Shown here: one piece after another, positions 9,320-18,223 of the stretch | Position numbering within the stretch: position 1 is the first letter of the stretch | Layout of the letters: the number at the start of each line of letters is the position of its first letter | Assembly (NCBI GenBank): GCA_964570795.1 | Contig: CAZMYZ010000001.1 | Span: forward strand, 42,722-106,721 | Reading direction: 5' to 3' | Length of the DNA: 64,000 bases | Origin: an uncultured Candidatus Saccharibacteria bacterium | Lineage (GTDB): Bacteria > Patescibacteriota > Minisyncoccia > Phycocordibacterales > UBA918 | Notes under the pieces: generated by a model | Seen by the model: only the letters and a program-made list of their open reading frames with translations | Databases searched by the model: none | Told to the model about the DNA's origin: nothing | Translations under genes and position numbers: made by a program

Positions 9320-9594
9320 TGCATATGTATACACAGGTTGATGCGGTTGTAGAGACGGTTGATGGGGCGGTGAAAAGTACCGAAAAACTCATTGAGCCAC
9401 TAAGGAAAACGGGCTTCAAACGATTCCCAACACTTTTTATGCTACTCACCACCTTTGGTGCAACAGCAACTTTTTTTGGGATGGAACGTGTCATTGCCGA
9501 TATTGTATGGCTCGATGCACACCCTATAGCAATTCTTGTATTGGGCATTGCTATATTGGTATTCACGGGACGACTCTATAAAAAACTTGGATAG
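9319..9594 (+). CDS. Small membrane protein
   Basis: 91 aa, two TM segments, coupled start. Confidence 0.65.
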   Translation: MHMYTQVDAVVETVDGAVKSTEKLIEPLRKTGFKRFPTLFMLLTTFGATATFFGMERVIADIVWLDAHPIAILVLGIAILVFTGRLYKKLG

Positions 9595-9643
9595 TGCCGT
9601 GCATATCCTACCTGTATGGATATAGGGTACTGAGGTATGATAG

Positions 9644-9835
9644 ATGTACATAGGTATGCGTATTGTTCGATTTATTTTTCCGTTTCTTTTTGTGCGTAAT
9701 TGGTACGATGGTTCGTGGGAGTTTTCGCGTGCGCGACTCATTCTTATTTCTATGGGTTTGTTCTTTATAATTCTCGGTATTATTATTGCAGCACTGCTTC
9801 AAGCACCTATAGTTTATATTTCACCAACGGTATGA
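9644..9835 (+). CDS. Small membrane protein
   Basis: 63 aa with one TM; overlaps the next start codon. Confidence 0.55.
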   Translation: MYIGMRIVRFIFPFLFVRNWYDGSWEFSRARLILISMGLFFIILGIIIAALLQAPIVYISPTV

Positions 9836-10245
9836 AAGTAATAAAAATTTGTCTTGCTATTATTGTGGTACTCCTCACACTCGGTATCGGGTTTGGTGTG
9901 TATGTATGGTATACCATTCAGCACGTGCCTACGGCGGCGGATATCCCTGGACTTCAGCAATCGTCTGAGGCTACTCCATATGAAAATACTACAGCGACAC
10001 CTGATGCATCTGTAGTGAGTACCGAGAGCGTTGCTCCTATAGTAATAGAAACCAATACACTTTCAGAAACGCAGCAAGGAATGCTTGAGACGATGGGATA
10101 CACAAAGGACACAGTCACTATCACACCTGCAATGATTGTATGTGCCGAAGATGCGGTGGGGGATTCGCGTCTCAAGGAAATCACGGGAGGTGCTGCACCG
10201 AGTCCGCTTGAGTCTGTGAAACTGCTCCCATGCTTTAAACAATAG
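9832..10245 (+). CDS. Hypothetical membrane-anchored protein
   Basis: ATG at 9832 (MKVIKICLAII...), N-terminal TM. Confidence 0.65.
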   Translation: MKVIKICLAIIVVLLTLGIGFGVYVWYTIQHVPTAADIPGLQQSSEATPYENTTATPDASVVSTESVAPIVIETNTLSETQQGMLETMGYTKDTVTITPAMIVCAEDAVGDSRLKEITGGAAPSPLESVKLLPCFKQ

Positions 10246-10306
10246 TCTAGGTAAGTGGTTTTAAACACACCCTAGAAAAAAACAAGAAAAGTGGTATAAT
10301 ACACGC

Positions 10307-11419
10307 ATGAATAGAATATTTGTATCTCTAGCGTTTGGTGCGCTTATTTTTATCCCAATCTCTGTATTTGCGGGTCCTATTTTGCGTACCGGTGAAACTA
10401 TCTCAGTAGATGCTGCACAATCGCTCAAGGGAGACTTTTATGGCTTTGGTTCTACGGTTAGTATTTCAGGGCAGGGTGACAATGATGCGTATATTGCTGG
10501 TGGTACGGTGACTATTAATGCACCTATTTTGGAAGATCTTACTGTCCTCGGAGGAGTGGTACAGATTCATGGTGATGTTGGTGATGATGTACGCGTTTTA
10601 GGGGGTGAGGTGGTACTTGCAAAGCCAGTGAAGGGTGATGTGGTCGTGCTTGGCGGTACCCTTACGATTCTTTCTACTGCACGCGTGGAGGGGGATATAC
10701 TTTTTATGGGAAAAACCCTCGTGGTGGAGGGGCCGGTCGTGGGGGGTATTCATGGTGTTGCTGAAACCGCACGTCTCAATACTGAAGTGGGTGGTGATGT
10801 GTCACTTCGGGTAGAGAAATTGTTTACAGTGGGTGATAAAGCAAATTTGCAAGGAAAGATAACCTACGAAAGTGCGCATGAAGTAGTGCGCGCACAGGAT
10901 GCGATAGTGGCAGAAGAAATGCAACAGATTGCAGTACGTGCGGACGAGTATACGATGCCTACCGCGCAAGTTGCACTCTTTGAATTCAGTATTCTGCTTT
11001 TTGCGGCACTCACCCTATATGTGATTGGACGCACCCATGTGGTACGTGTCGTAGAGCGTTCGTTTGGACGGCTTGGCATGTCGGGGCTTCTCGGTTTGGG
11101 TATACTCTTTGCCTTTCCATTTATCGCGGCACTGCTTTTTGTTAGTGTGCTTGGCGTGTTTGCAGGAGTCATTTTCCTCTTTGGATATATACTTATGCTA
11201 CTCACCGCTCTTGCACTTATGCCTATATTTGTAGGGTATGCACTCCAGAAAATAGCGTTGCGTCGTGAGGGTATTACACTCTATACCGTAATCGGTGGTG
11301 TTGCGCTCTGTATCCTCCTTGGTCTTTTGTCGGTAGCAGGTGGACTTATTCTTTTTGCGTGTTTTGTAATTACATTGGGGGCACTCGGTACTACGGTCTA
11401 CTATTCGATACGTGCGTAG
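10307..11419 (+). CDS. Bactofilin-like (polymer-forming beta-helix) membrane protein
   Basis: Signal peptide, repeated GDVxxxGGxVxIxG units, C-terminal TM bundle. Confidence 0.75.
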   Translation: MNRIFVSLAFGALIFIPISVFAGPILRTGETISVDAAQSLKGDFYGFGSTVSISGQGDNDAYIAGGTVTINAPILEDLTVLGGVVQIHGDVGDDVRVLGGEVVLAKPVKGDVVVLGGTLTILSTARVEGDILFMGKTLVVEGPVVGGIHGVAETARLNTEVGGDVSLRVEKLFTVGDKANLQGKITYESAHEVVRAQDAIVAEEMQQIAVRADEYTMPTAQVALFEFSILLFAALTLYVIGRTHVVRVVERSFGRLGMSGLLGLGILFAFPFIAALLFVSVLGVFAGVIFLFGYILMLLTALALMPIFVGYALQKIALRREGITLYTVIGGVALCILLGLLSVAGGLILFACFVITLGALGTTVYYSIRA

Positions 11420-11429
11420 TGAAGAGGTA

Positions 11430-11470
11430 AAAAACACCGGTGCCGCGCGAAGCGCGGCACCGGTGTTTTT
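11430..11470. terminator. Long hairpin terminator
   Basis: aaaaacaccggtgccgcgc-gaa-gcgcggcaccggtgttttt. Confidence 0.7.
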
Positions 11471-11486
11471 GGTATACTGCTCATCC

Positions 11487-12155
11487 ATGACAAAAGCACA
11501 GAAAAAAGTACGCACTCTGCGTGTACAGAAAATGAATGTGGTACTTCGTATGCTCTATCCCAATCCAAAAATTGCGCTCAACCACAGTACTCCGTGGGAA
11601 CTACTCGTAGCGGTGATGCTCTCCGCACAATGCACCGATGCGCGAGTGAATATGGTAACGAAGACACTTTTCGCTTCCTACCCTCATATCGAGGATTATG
11701 CGCGTGCGACACAGCGCGAGATGGAAAAAGCGGTTTTTCAATGTGGCTTTTATCGCAATAAGGCAAAGCATATTCGCGCTGCGGCAGCGATACTTGTGCG
11801 TGATTTTAAAGGAGAAGTGCCACACACCATGAAAGAACTGCTTGTACTTCCGGGGGTGGCAAGGAAGACTGCCAATGTAATGCTTTCAAACGCATTTGGT
11901 GTGCATGAAGGCATTGCGGTCGATACGCATGTACGTCGCTTTGCAATTCGTTTTAATCTCACCGACCATACCGACCCCAAGCGTATTGAGCGGGATTTAA
12001 TGGAAATTATGCCCCAGTCTGAGTGGTGGGGATTTAATCATCGGTTGGTACACTATGGGCGGGATTTTTGTCCTGCACGGAAGCATATATGTAGAGAACA
12101 TCCCTTGACCTTCCTTTATCCTCAGGCAGAAAACGTGTGGCCAAAGGCTCATTAA
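11487..12155 (+). CDS. nth: Endonuclease III
   Basis: LLVAVMLSAQCTD, HhH LPGVARKTANV, AVDTHV. Confidence 0.92.
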   Translation: MTKAQKKVRTLRVQKMNVVLRMLYPNPKIALNHSTPWELLVAVMLSAQCTDARVNMVTKTLFASYPHIEDYARATQREMEKAVFQCGFYRNKAKHIRAAAAILVRDFKGEVPHTMKELLVLPGVARKTANVMLSNAFGVHEGIAVDTHVRRFAIRFNLTDHTDPKRIERDLMEIMPQSEWWGFNHRLVHYGRDFCPARKHICREHPLTFLYPQAENVWPKAH

Positions 12156-12239
12156 ATGAGTAAAAAATGGAATTTTGCCTATGCAATATATGCTCGTCAA
12201 TAGGCTCATTATGCTTCACAGTGGTATACTATATGCATT

Positions 12240-13217
12240 ATGCAGGGTATGGTTGCAACGATAGATACGGTATATGCGTGGATGATGCGTCTTAGTCTCC
12301 GTGTGGTGAATAGTGTGCTCGAAACATACGCTCCGCGTGAGCGTGCAGCAAAACGTTATGACTCTGTTTTGAGTGATGCTACCACCATGCATGAGAAGGT
12401 GACGTCATCGTTTAAGACCATGAAAGATGTACTTGGTGCATATCCAAAAAAAATACTCGCTGAAAGGGTAACGATGACTGCGGCACCAGTGGACTCTCCG
12501 GTAGTTACTGCACTTAAAAGAGCAGTAGCGCGTGTGGAAGCACCTTCGCTAGATGATGGGGTGCGTATTCAAAAGAATACGGTGATGTATGCAAATAGTG
12601 TACGTGTGCCGGTATTTAAAAACCCGACGATTGAGTTTGATGGACAAATTGGAGAGGTGCCCTTTGGTGATATGGTGATCGTCCTTGAGCCGCGTGGACG
12701 TTTTTATCGCATCATGTGGAATACGATTGAGGGGTGGGTATTGAAAGAGGATATCGCTGACAGAGCACTCCGTGTGTATCCTGTTTTCATTATCGGTGAG
12801 GAAAACGGAGTGGATCATCCCAATACCGCACATGTACGCACTATCCTCGGTGATATTTTTGGTCTTGGTCGCTCTGAGTTTGCACTCCAAGCAGGAGAGT
12901 ACGTGCTGTATCGACTCTGGCGAAAGGGGATCCGTATTGTATGGCCAGAAATTCGCCCCCGTGTGCCGGGACTTTGGCATAGCATATTGCGCGGCTCGCG
13001 ACAGATTCATATTGGCGTGATGCCCAAAGTGGGTGCAGTTATGGAATATATGCTTTCTCCTGAAATGGGTCATGTGGCGTATGTGGAGGCAGTCTTTCCC
13101 GACCACACCATTACCATCTCCGAGGCCAATTTCCCTGATACCGGTATCTATAATGAACGTGTACTCACCAAGGAAGAATGGAAAGAATTGCATCCTGTTT
13201 TTATGACAGTGTCATAA
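12240..13217 (+). CDS. SH3 plus CHAP-domain protein
   Basis: SH3-like segment ending EGWV; CHAP C-terminal motif GHVAYVEAV...ISEAN. Confidence 0.75.
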   Translation: MQGMVATIDTVYAWMMRLSLRVVNSVLETYAPRERAAKRYDSVLSDATTMHEKVTSSFKTMKDVLGAYPKKILAERVTMTAAPVDSPVVTALKRAVARVEAPSLDDGVRIQKNTVMYANSVRVPVFKNPTIEFDGQIGEVPFGDMVIVLEPRGRFYRIMWNTIEGWVLKEDIADRALRVYPVFIIGEENGVDHPNTAHVRTILGDIFGLGRSEFALQAGEYVLYRLWRKGIRIVWPEIRPRVPGLWHSILRGSRQIHIGVMPKVGAVMEYMLSPEMGHVAYVEAVFPDHTITISEANFPDTGIYNERVLTKEEWKELHPVFMTVS

Positions 13218-13259
13218 AAACAGGATGCGTTCCGTGTTAATTTTGATACACTAACATAC

Positions 13260-13943
13260 ATGCAAAAAGTCGCTTTTTTTGATATTGACGGCACCGTATT
13301 TCGCTCAAGTCTTTTTATTGAACTCGTGGAAGCCTGTATTAAAGCGGGAGTATTCCCAAAGGATACACAGAAGGCATATATGCGCGAGTATCTCGCATGG
13401 CAAAATCGCGAAGGTACATATGAGGCATATATTAATGCAGTCGTGGCTGCATTCATGGAGCATATTCGTGGTGTGTATTACGGCGATTTCGCTGATGTGG
13501 GACGAGCGGTGGTGGCGAAGCAGGGGAAACAAACGTATCGTTACACCCGTGATTTAATCCAGACACTTCGCGCGCAGGGATATTTTATCGTGGCTATTTC
13601 GCAATCACCAAAGACCATTCTTGATGAATTTTGTGCTGCATACGGCTTTGATAAGGTGTATGGACGACTCTATGAACTCGGGCCTCGTGATCTTTTTACG
13701 GGTGTGGTAAGTGATGTAGATTTTATTGCCGATAAAGCAAAAGTCATTGATAGAGTGCTCGAGAAAGAAGGACTTACCCTTGAAGATTCGATTGGGGTAG
13801 GAGATACCGAGGGTGATATTCCACTTCTTGAATCGGTTGCTACGCCTATTTGTTTTAATCCGAATCAAACCTTGTATCGCCATGCACAGAAGAAGGGGTG
13901 GCAAGTTATTGTTGAGCGCAAGGACGTAATCTACACACTTTAA
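13260..13943 (+). CDS. HAD-IB hydrolase (SerB-like)
   Basis: FFDIDGT, ISQSP, GVGDTEGD. Confidence 0.85.
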   Translation: MQKVAFFDIDGTVFRSSLFIELVEACIKAGVFPKDTQKAYMREYLAWQNREGTYEAYINAVVAAFMEHIRGVYYGDFADVGRAVVAKQGKQTYRYTRDLIQTLRAQGYFIVAISQSPKTILDEFCAAYGFDKVYGRLYELGPRDLFTGVVSDVDFIADKAKVIDRVLEKEGLTLEDSIGVGDTEGDIPLLESVATPICFNPNQTLYRHAQKKGWQVIVERKDVIYTL

Positions 13944-14008
13944 TTTTTTGTGAGTGCATACTTTGTTATGATGCGGTCGACGAAAAATAAAGTAATTTGC
14001 ATTTAGTA

Positions 14009-14818
14009 ATGAATAAAAAGGAAGAAAAATTTGTAGAGGTGGTGTGGGAGTACTATGCGCGCCACGGAAGGCGAAGCCTTCCGTGGCGCAAGACAAAAAA
14101 TGCATACCGTATTCTCGTTTCAGAAATAATGCTCCAGCAAACACAGGTGGATAGGGTATTGCCCAAATACACGGCATTTCTGAAAAAATTTCCTTCGCTC
14201 ACTACGCTCGCGAATGCATCACTTGGCGATGTGCTTCGTGAATGGCAAGGACTTGGGTACAATCGTCGCGCAAAAATGCTCCATCAGTGTGCACAGATAG
14301 TGGTGCGGGAACATAAAGGGAGACTGCCATGTACGCACAGCGAACTTATGAAACTTCCCGGTATAGGGCACTATACTGCCGGAGCAGTGATGGCATTTGC
14401 ATATGGTGAAAGTGTGCCAATAATTGAAACCAATATTCGCACGGTATACATACACCACTTTTTTCATGATGATACCGATGTGCATGATGATGATGTTCAA
14501 AAGTACGTCGCTCACACGCTCCACACCGAAAATCCCCGCGAGTGGTATTATGCGCTTATGGACTATGGGGTGTTTCTGAAGAAGACAGTAGGGAATCAAA
14601 ATAGTCGAAGCAAGCATTATTCAAAGCAGTCTACCTTTAAAAATTCCGATAGACAGATTCGCGGCGCTATTCTGCGTCTCCTTTCAGTACGTATGTATAC
14701 CCGCACAAAAATACACGAGGCCCTTTCTTTTGAGATAGACCGTATCGACGCACAGTGTGAAAAACTTCTCACTGAAGGACTTATTATTCTTGAACAGAAA
14801 CAATTTAAACTTCCGTAG
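14009..14818 (+). CDS. mutY: A/G-specific adenine glycosylase (short form)
   Basis: LPWR, VSEIMLQQTQV, WQGLGYNRRA, LPGIGHYTA, ALMDYG. Confidence 0.9.
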   Translation: MNKKEEKFVEVVWEYYARHGRRSLPWRKTKNAYRILVSEIMLQQTQVDRVLPKYTAFLKKFPSLTTLANASLGDVLREWQGLGYNRRAKMLHQCAQIVVREHKGRLPCTHSELMKLPGIGHYTAGAVMAFAYGESVPIIETNIRTVYIHHFFHDDTDVHDDDVQKYVAHTLHTENPREWYYALMDYGVFLKKTVGNQNSRSKHYSKQSTFKNSDRQIRGAILRLLSVRMYTRTKIHEALSFEIDRIDAQCEKLLTEGLIILEQKQFKLP

Positions 14819-14830
14819 GGAACCACTAAA

Positions 14831-16048
14831 TTACTTTGTGTCTTTGAGCGCCATGGCAAAGAATAGTCCTGGAATCATAAGAAGCCCGAGTATCACAAAG
14901 AGAAAACTAAAGGAAAAGAAATGAAGGGTGACACCACCGAGTACGGGGCCAACGACATACGAAAGTGGGCGGGTAATACGGAAAAGGCTGATGACATTCG
15001 TATCTTTTCCTTGAGTATGCTTGAAGAAGTAACTCTCGGTAGTGGTTTCGATGAAACTCGCGCCGACACGGGTGAGGAACATTGCCGTCATCCAAAGAGC
15101 AATAGGAGCGTTGTTGAGGAACACAAACCATGAAGTAGCTACTGCGGTTACTGCAAATCCAAAAGCCATCATTTCTTTTTCACCGAGGTAGGTGTCGGCA
15201 ATTTTTCCTATAGCATACTCAAGAAGTACATATGCCATGAGTCCCACAAAAAGTATGGAACCTATTTCTTCCCATGAAAGCCCTATAACATCCGCGAGGT
15301 AGAGTGGGGTGTAGATCACCATCCAAGTAAAAAAGAATTGGAGTAGAAAATGTGCAAAAAATACATTGCGTACATCTTTGTATTGCCAAAAGTCTGCGAG
15401 CCCCTCGCGAAATTTAAAATGTGGATAGACAGGGTCTTTGAATGTTTTGAAGTGTTTGAGTACGACATAGATAAAGGGAATAAGGAAAAAGGCACTAAGA
15501 AGATATACAAGGACAAATTCGGATGCTGTTGCGCTCACATGGTGTGCAACACCAATGAGTTTCCCGAGCGCGAGCGGAGCGAGCGCCGTGGTGAGACTCA
15601 TGATGGTAAGAAGTATGCCGCGCTGTGCACCCGTGGACTCTTCCTTATCACCGATGAGTACCTCCATAATAATATCGAGATTGAAGAGGATAATGGGGAC
15701 AACCGCTTGGTGTACTACAAAGAGTGAAAGGCCAATGTAGGGGTTTACGGTAAGACCCATACCGACGAGTGCACAAAACTCGATAAGTGTCAGAACTTTA
15801 ATAAGAAAGATATTTCCGAAGCGAGTGAGAATATGCGATGCATAGAAGAATCCGCCGATGGTGACAAGAGATCCTCCGATATAGAGCATATCGATAACAC
15901 GGTGTGATGCGAGTTGTGCAAGGTATGATGAATTAATATAAAGCACAAATGCCCAATGGAGGGAAAGCAGCAGGAGAGCAGCGTAGTGTGCAAATTGCGC
16001 ACCGCGGCGTGACTCGGTACGGTATTCAGGGGTTACTGGTGTGGGCAT
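14831..16048 (-). CDS. MFS transporter
   Basis: About 12 TM helices, GKIADTYLGEK loop motif. Confidence 0.85.
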   Translation of the reverse strand: MPTPVTPEYRTESRRGAQFAHYAALLLLSLHWAFVLYINSSYLAQLASHRVIDMLYIGGSLVTIGGFFYASHILTRFGNIFLIKVLTLIEFCALVGMGLTVNPYIGLSLFVVHQAVVPIILFNLDIIMEVLIGDKEESTGAQRGILLTIMSLTTALAPLALGKLIGVAHHVSATASEFVLVYLLSAFFLIPFIYVVLKHFKTFKDPVYPHFKFREGLADFWQYKDVRNVFFAHFLLQFFFTWMVIYTPLYLADVIGLSWEEIGSILFVGLMAYVLLEYAIGKIADTYLGEKEMMAFGFAVTAVATSWFVFLNNAPIALWMTAMFLTRVGASFIETTTESYFFKHTQGKDTNVISLFRITRPLSYVVGPVLGGVTLHFFSFSFLFVILGLLMIPGLFFAMALKDTK

Positions 16049-16087
16049 ATTCTCTAGTGTACCAGAGTGCGTTGAGTGACTTACGAG

Positions 16088-16121
16088 AAATCCCCGAGAC
16101 GCTTCGCGTCTCGGGGATTTT
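16088..16121. terminator. rnj terminator hairpin
   Basis: aaatccccgagacgc-ttc-gcgtctcggggattt. Confidence 0.7.
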
Positions 16122-16140
16122 CTATGTAGAGTACGTGGTA

Positions 16141-18195
16141 CTAAATACCGATGAGTACGGGGATGACCATTGGGGTTTTATTTGTTTTTTGGAGAAGGAA
16201 TCCAGACACCACTTGGGTGATTTCGTCCTTTACAAAATCAAGGTCGATTGGGTTTGCTTTTTCAGTATTCTTTTCAACGGTCTTCTTAATGAGTACACGC
16301 GCTTCAGAAAGCAACTGTTGGTTTTCACGAAGATACACAAACCCGCGGGAAATAATATCGGGCGACTTTCGGAGTGCGCCGGTTTTGGTGTTGATAGTCG
16401 CAATAATGACAAACATACCATCTTCAGCAAGTGACTGGCGGTCGCGGATAACCACCTCTTGACGAGTACCTACAGTGAAGCCGTCCACCATCATAATCTC
16501 TGACGGCGCTTTTTCTTTGCGTATGACGAGTTCAGTACCGTTCTTAATTTCAATGACAGTTCCGTTATCTGCAAGAATGATATTTTCACGAGGGAAGCCT
16601 GCTTCCATGTTTGCATACGCGTGGCAACGGAGCATTGAGTGGTAGCCGTATGCGGGCATGACGAAGGTTGGTTTTACCTGCTCGCGAATCCATACAAGTT
16701 CGCCTGAGTTACCATGTCCGGTTGAGTGCACATCGGACGCACGGTAGTGAATGATGTGTACTCCGCGGCGGTAGAGGTTGTCTTTGAGTGTCTGTACTGA
16801 AAGTTCATTACCGGGAATAACCGATGATGAAAGCATAATCGTGTCGCGGTCATTGAGGGTAATAAACTTATGGCGCTGGGTAGCGATACGCATAAGCGCA
16901 GCAAACTCCTCACCCTGTGCACCCGTTGCGAGCACTACAATACGGTCAGAAGGGTAGTTGCCAATATCCTGAATAGGAATGATGGTATCTTTTTGTACCT
17001 TCATGAGGCCTGCAAGCTCGGCGATTTCGAGGTTGGTCTTGATAGAGCGACCTTCAAGTACGATTTTCTTGCCGAGTTCCTCGCAAATCATGATGATACG
17101 AATCATACGCTCAAACTGTGATGCAAAGGTACCCACAATAAGTCGTCCGCGCACATTTCGAATGATTTGCTCGATGTTGGTGTGGACGCGTACTTCAGGA
17201 ATAGAGAAACCGTCACGCTCTGCGTTCGTTGAGTCTCCAATGAAGAGAATGTTCTTATCTTTTCCAAGGCCTCCCCACGTTTCTTTTTCTTTTGGTGATG
17301 GCTCGGTGCCGTCATGATCAAGTTTGAGGTCTCCCGAAATAACTACGTTACCGTGTTTTGTTTCCACCGAGATACCCATGGAATCAGGAATTGAGTGTGT
17401 TACGGGGAAGGGTTTGATGTAGGTATTACCAATCTTAAGTCGTTGATTAAGTTCTACCACATTCATGTTTACCTTAGGGAGATGCGGAAACTCTTCCTGA
17501 CGCTTCAGAATCATGAGTGAGGTGAGGTAGCGGGTATAGATTGGTGGATTACCAATGCGCTCGATAAGGAAGGGGATACCACCGATGTGGTCGAGGTGAC
17601 CGTGAGTAATAATGAGTCCTTTAATTTTATGTTTGTTTTCTTCGAGATATTGTGTGTTCGGAAGAATATAATTCACCCCTGGTGCATCGTTTTCTGAAGA
17701 GACAAACTGAAAGCCCGCATCGAAGATGAGAATATCGTCTACAGTCTCTACCGCAATCATGTTCTTTCCCACCTCTTCTACCCCACCCAAGGGAACGATG
17801 CGGACAATGTCGGGGTCGGTAAGTGGTGGTACCGGGATTACTTTTGGATCATGAATCGCCATGCGCTGATTGAGTGCAGGACTCGTCATTTGACGTCCTT
17901 TGCGTGGTCGCTCATGACGCACGGGCTTTCCGCCACCCTGAGCGCGACCTCCGCCATTTTGACGGTCATTTGGTCTACGAGCACCGCTGCCACGGCGGCC
18001 GCGCTGTGCTCCGCGCGTATCTCTTGTAGTGCCAGCAGTTGCTGCACCTTGTGTGGTCACACGTGGCTTTCCTGACGTAGCAGGAGTGCCGGTGTGTCGT
18101 GATACACGAATCTCTGGACGACGTTTTGCGTGTGAGAAATGTGCGGTACGTCGCTTGCGGGGCGCTCCTCCTGTTGTGTTTTGTGTTGGTTCCAT
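16141..18195 (-). CDS. rnj: Ribonuclease J
   Basis: PLGGVEEVGKNM, THGHLDHIGG, THSIPD, GDSTNA, VHSTGH. Confidence 0.95.
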   Translation of the reverse strand: MEPTQNTTGGAPRKRRTAHFSHAKRRPEIRVSRHTGTPATSGKPRVTTQGAATAGTTRDTRGAQRGRRGSGARRPNDRQNGGGRAQGGGKPVRHERPRKGRQMTSPALNQRMAIHDPKVIPVPPLTDPDIVRIVPLGGVEEVGKNMIAVETVDDILIFDAGFQFVSSENDAPGVNYILPNTQYLEENKHKIKGLIITHGHLDHIGGIPFLIERIGNPPIYTRYLTSLMILKRQEEFPHLPKVNMNVVELNQRLKIGNTYIKPFPVTHSIPDSMGISVETKHGNVVISGDLKLDHDGTEPSPKEKETWGGLGKDKNILFIGDSTNAERDGFSIPEVRVHTNIEQIIRNVRGRLIVGTFASQFERMIRIIMICEELGKKIVLEGRSIKTNLEIAELAGLMKVQKDTIIPIQDIGNYPSDRIVVLATGAQGEEFAALMRIATQRHKFITLNDRDTIMLSSSVIPGNELSVQTLKDNLYRRGVHIIHYRASDVHSTGHGNSGELVWIREQVKPTFVMPAYGYHSMLRCHAYANMEAGFPRENIILADNGTVIEIKNGTELVIRKEKAPSEIMMVDGFTVGTRQEVVIRDRQSLAEDGMFVIIATINTKTGALRKSPDIISRGFVYLRENQQLLSEARVLIKKTVEKNTEKANPIDLDFVKDEITQVVSGFLLQKTNKTPMVIPVLIGI

Positions 18196-18223
18196 AATAT
18201 ATGCTTACTAATTTATGTGTTAA

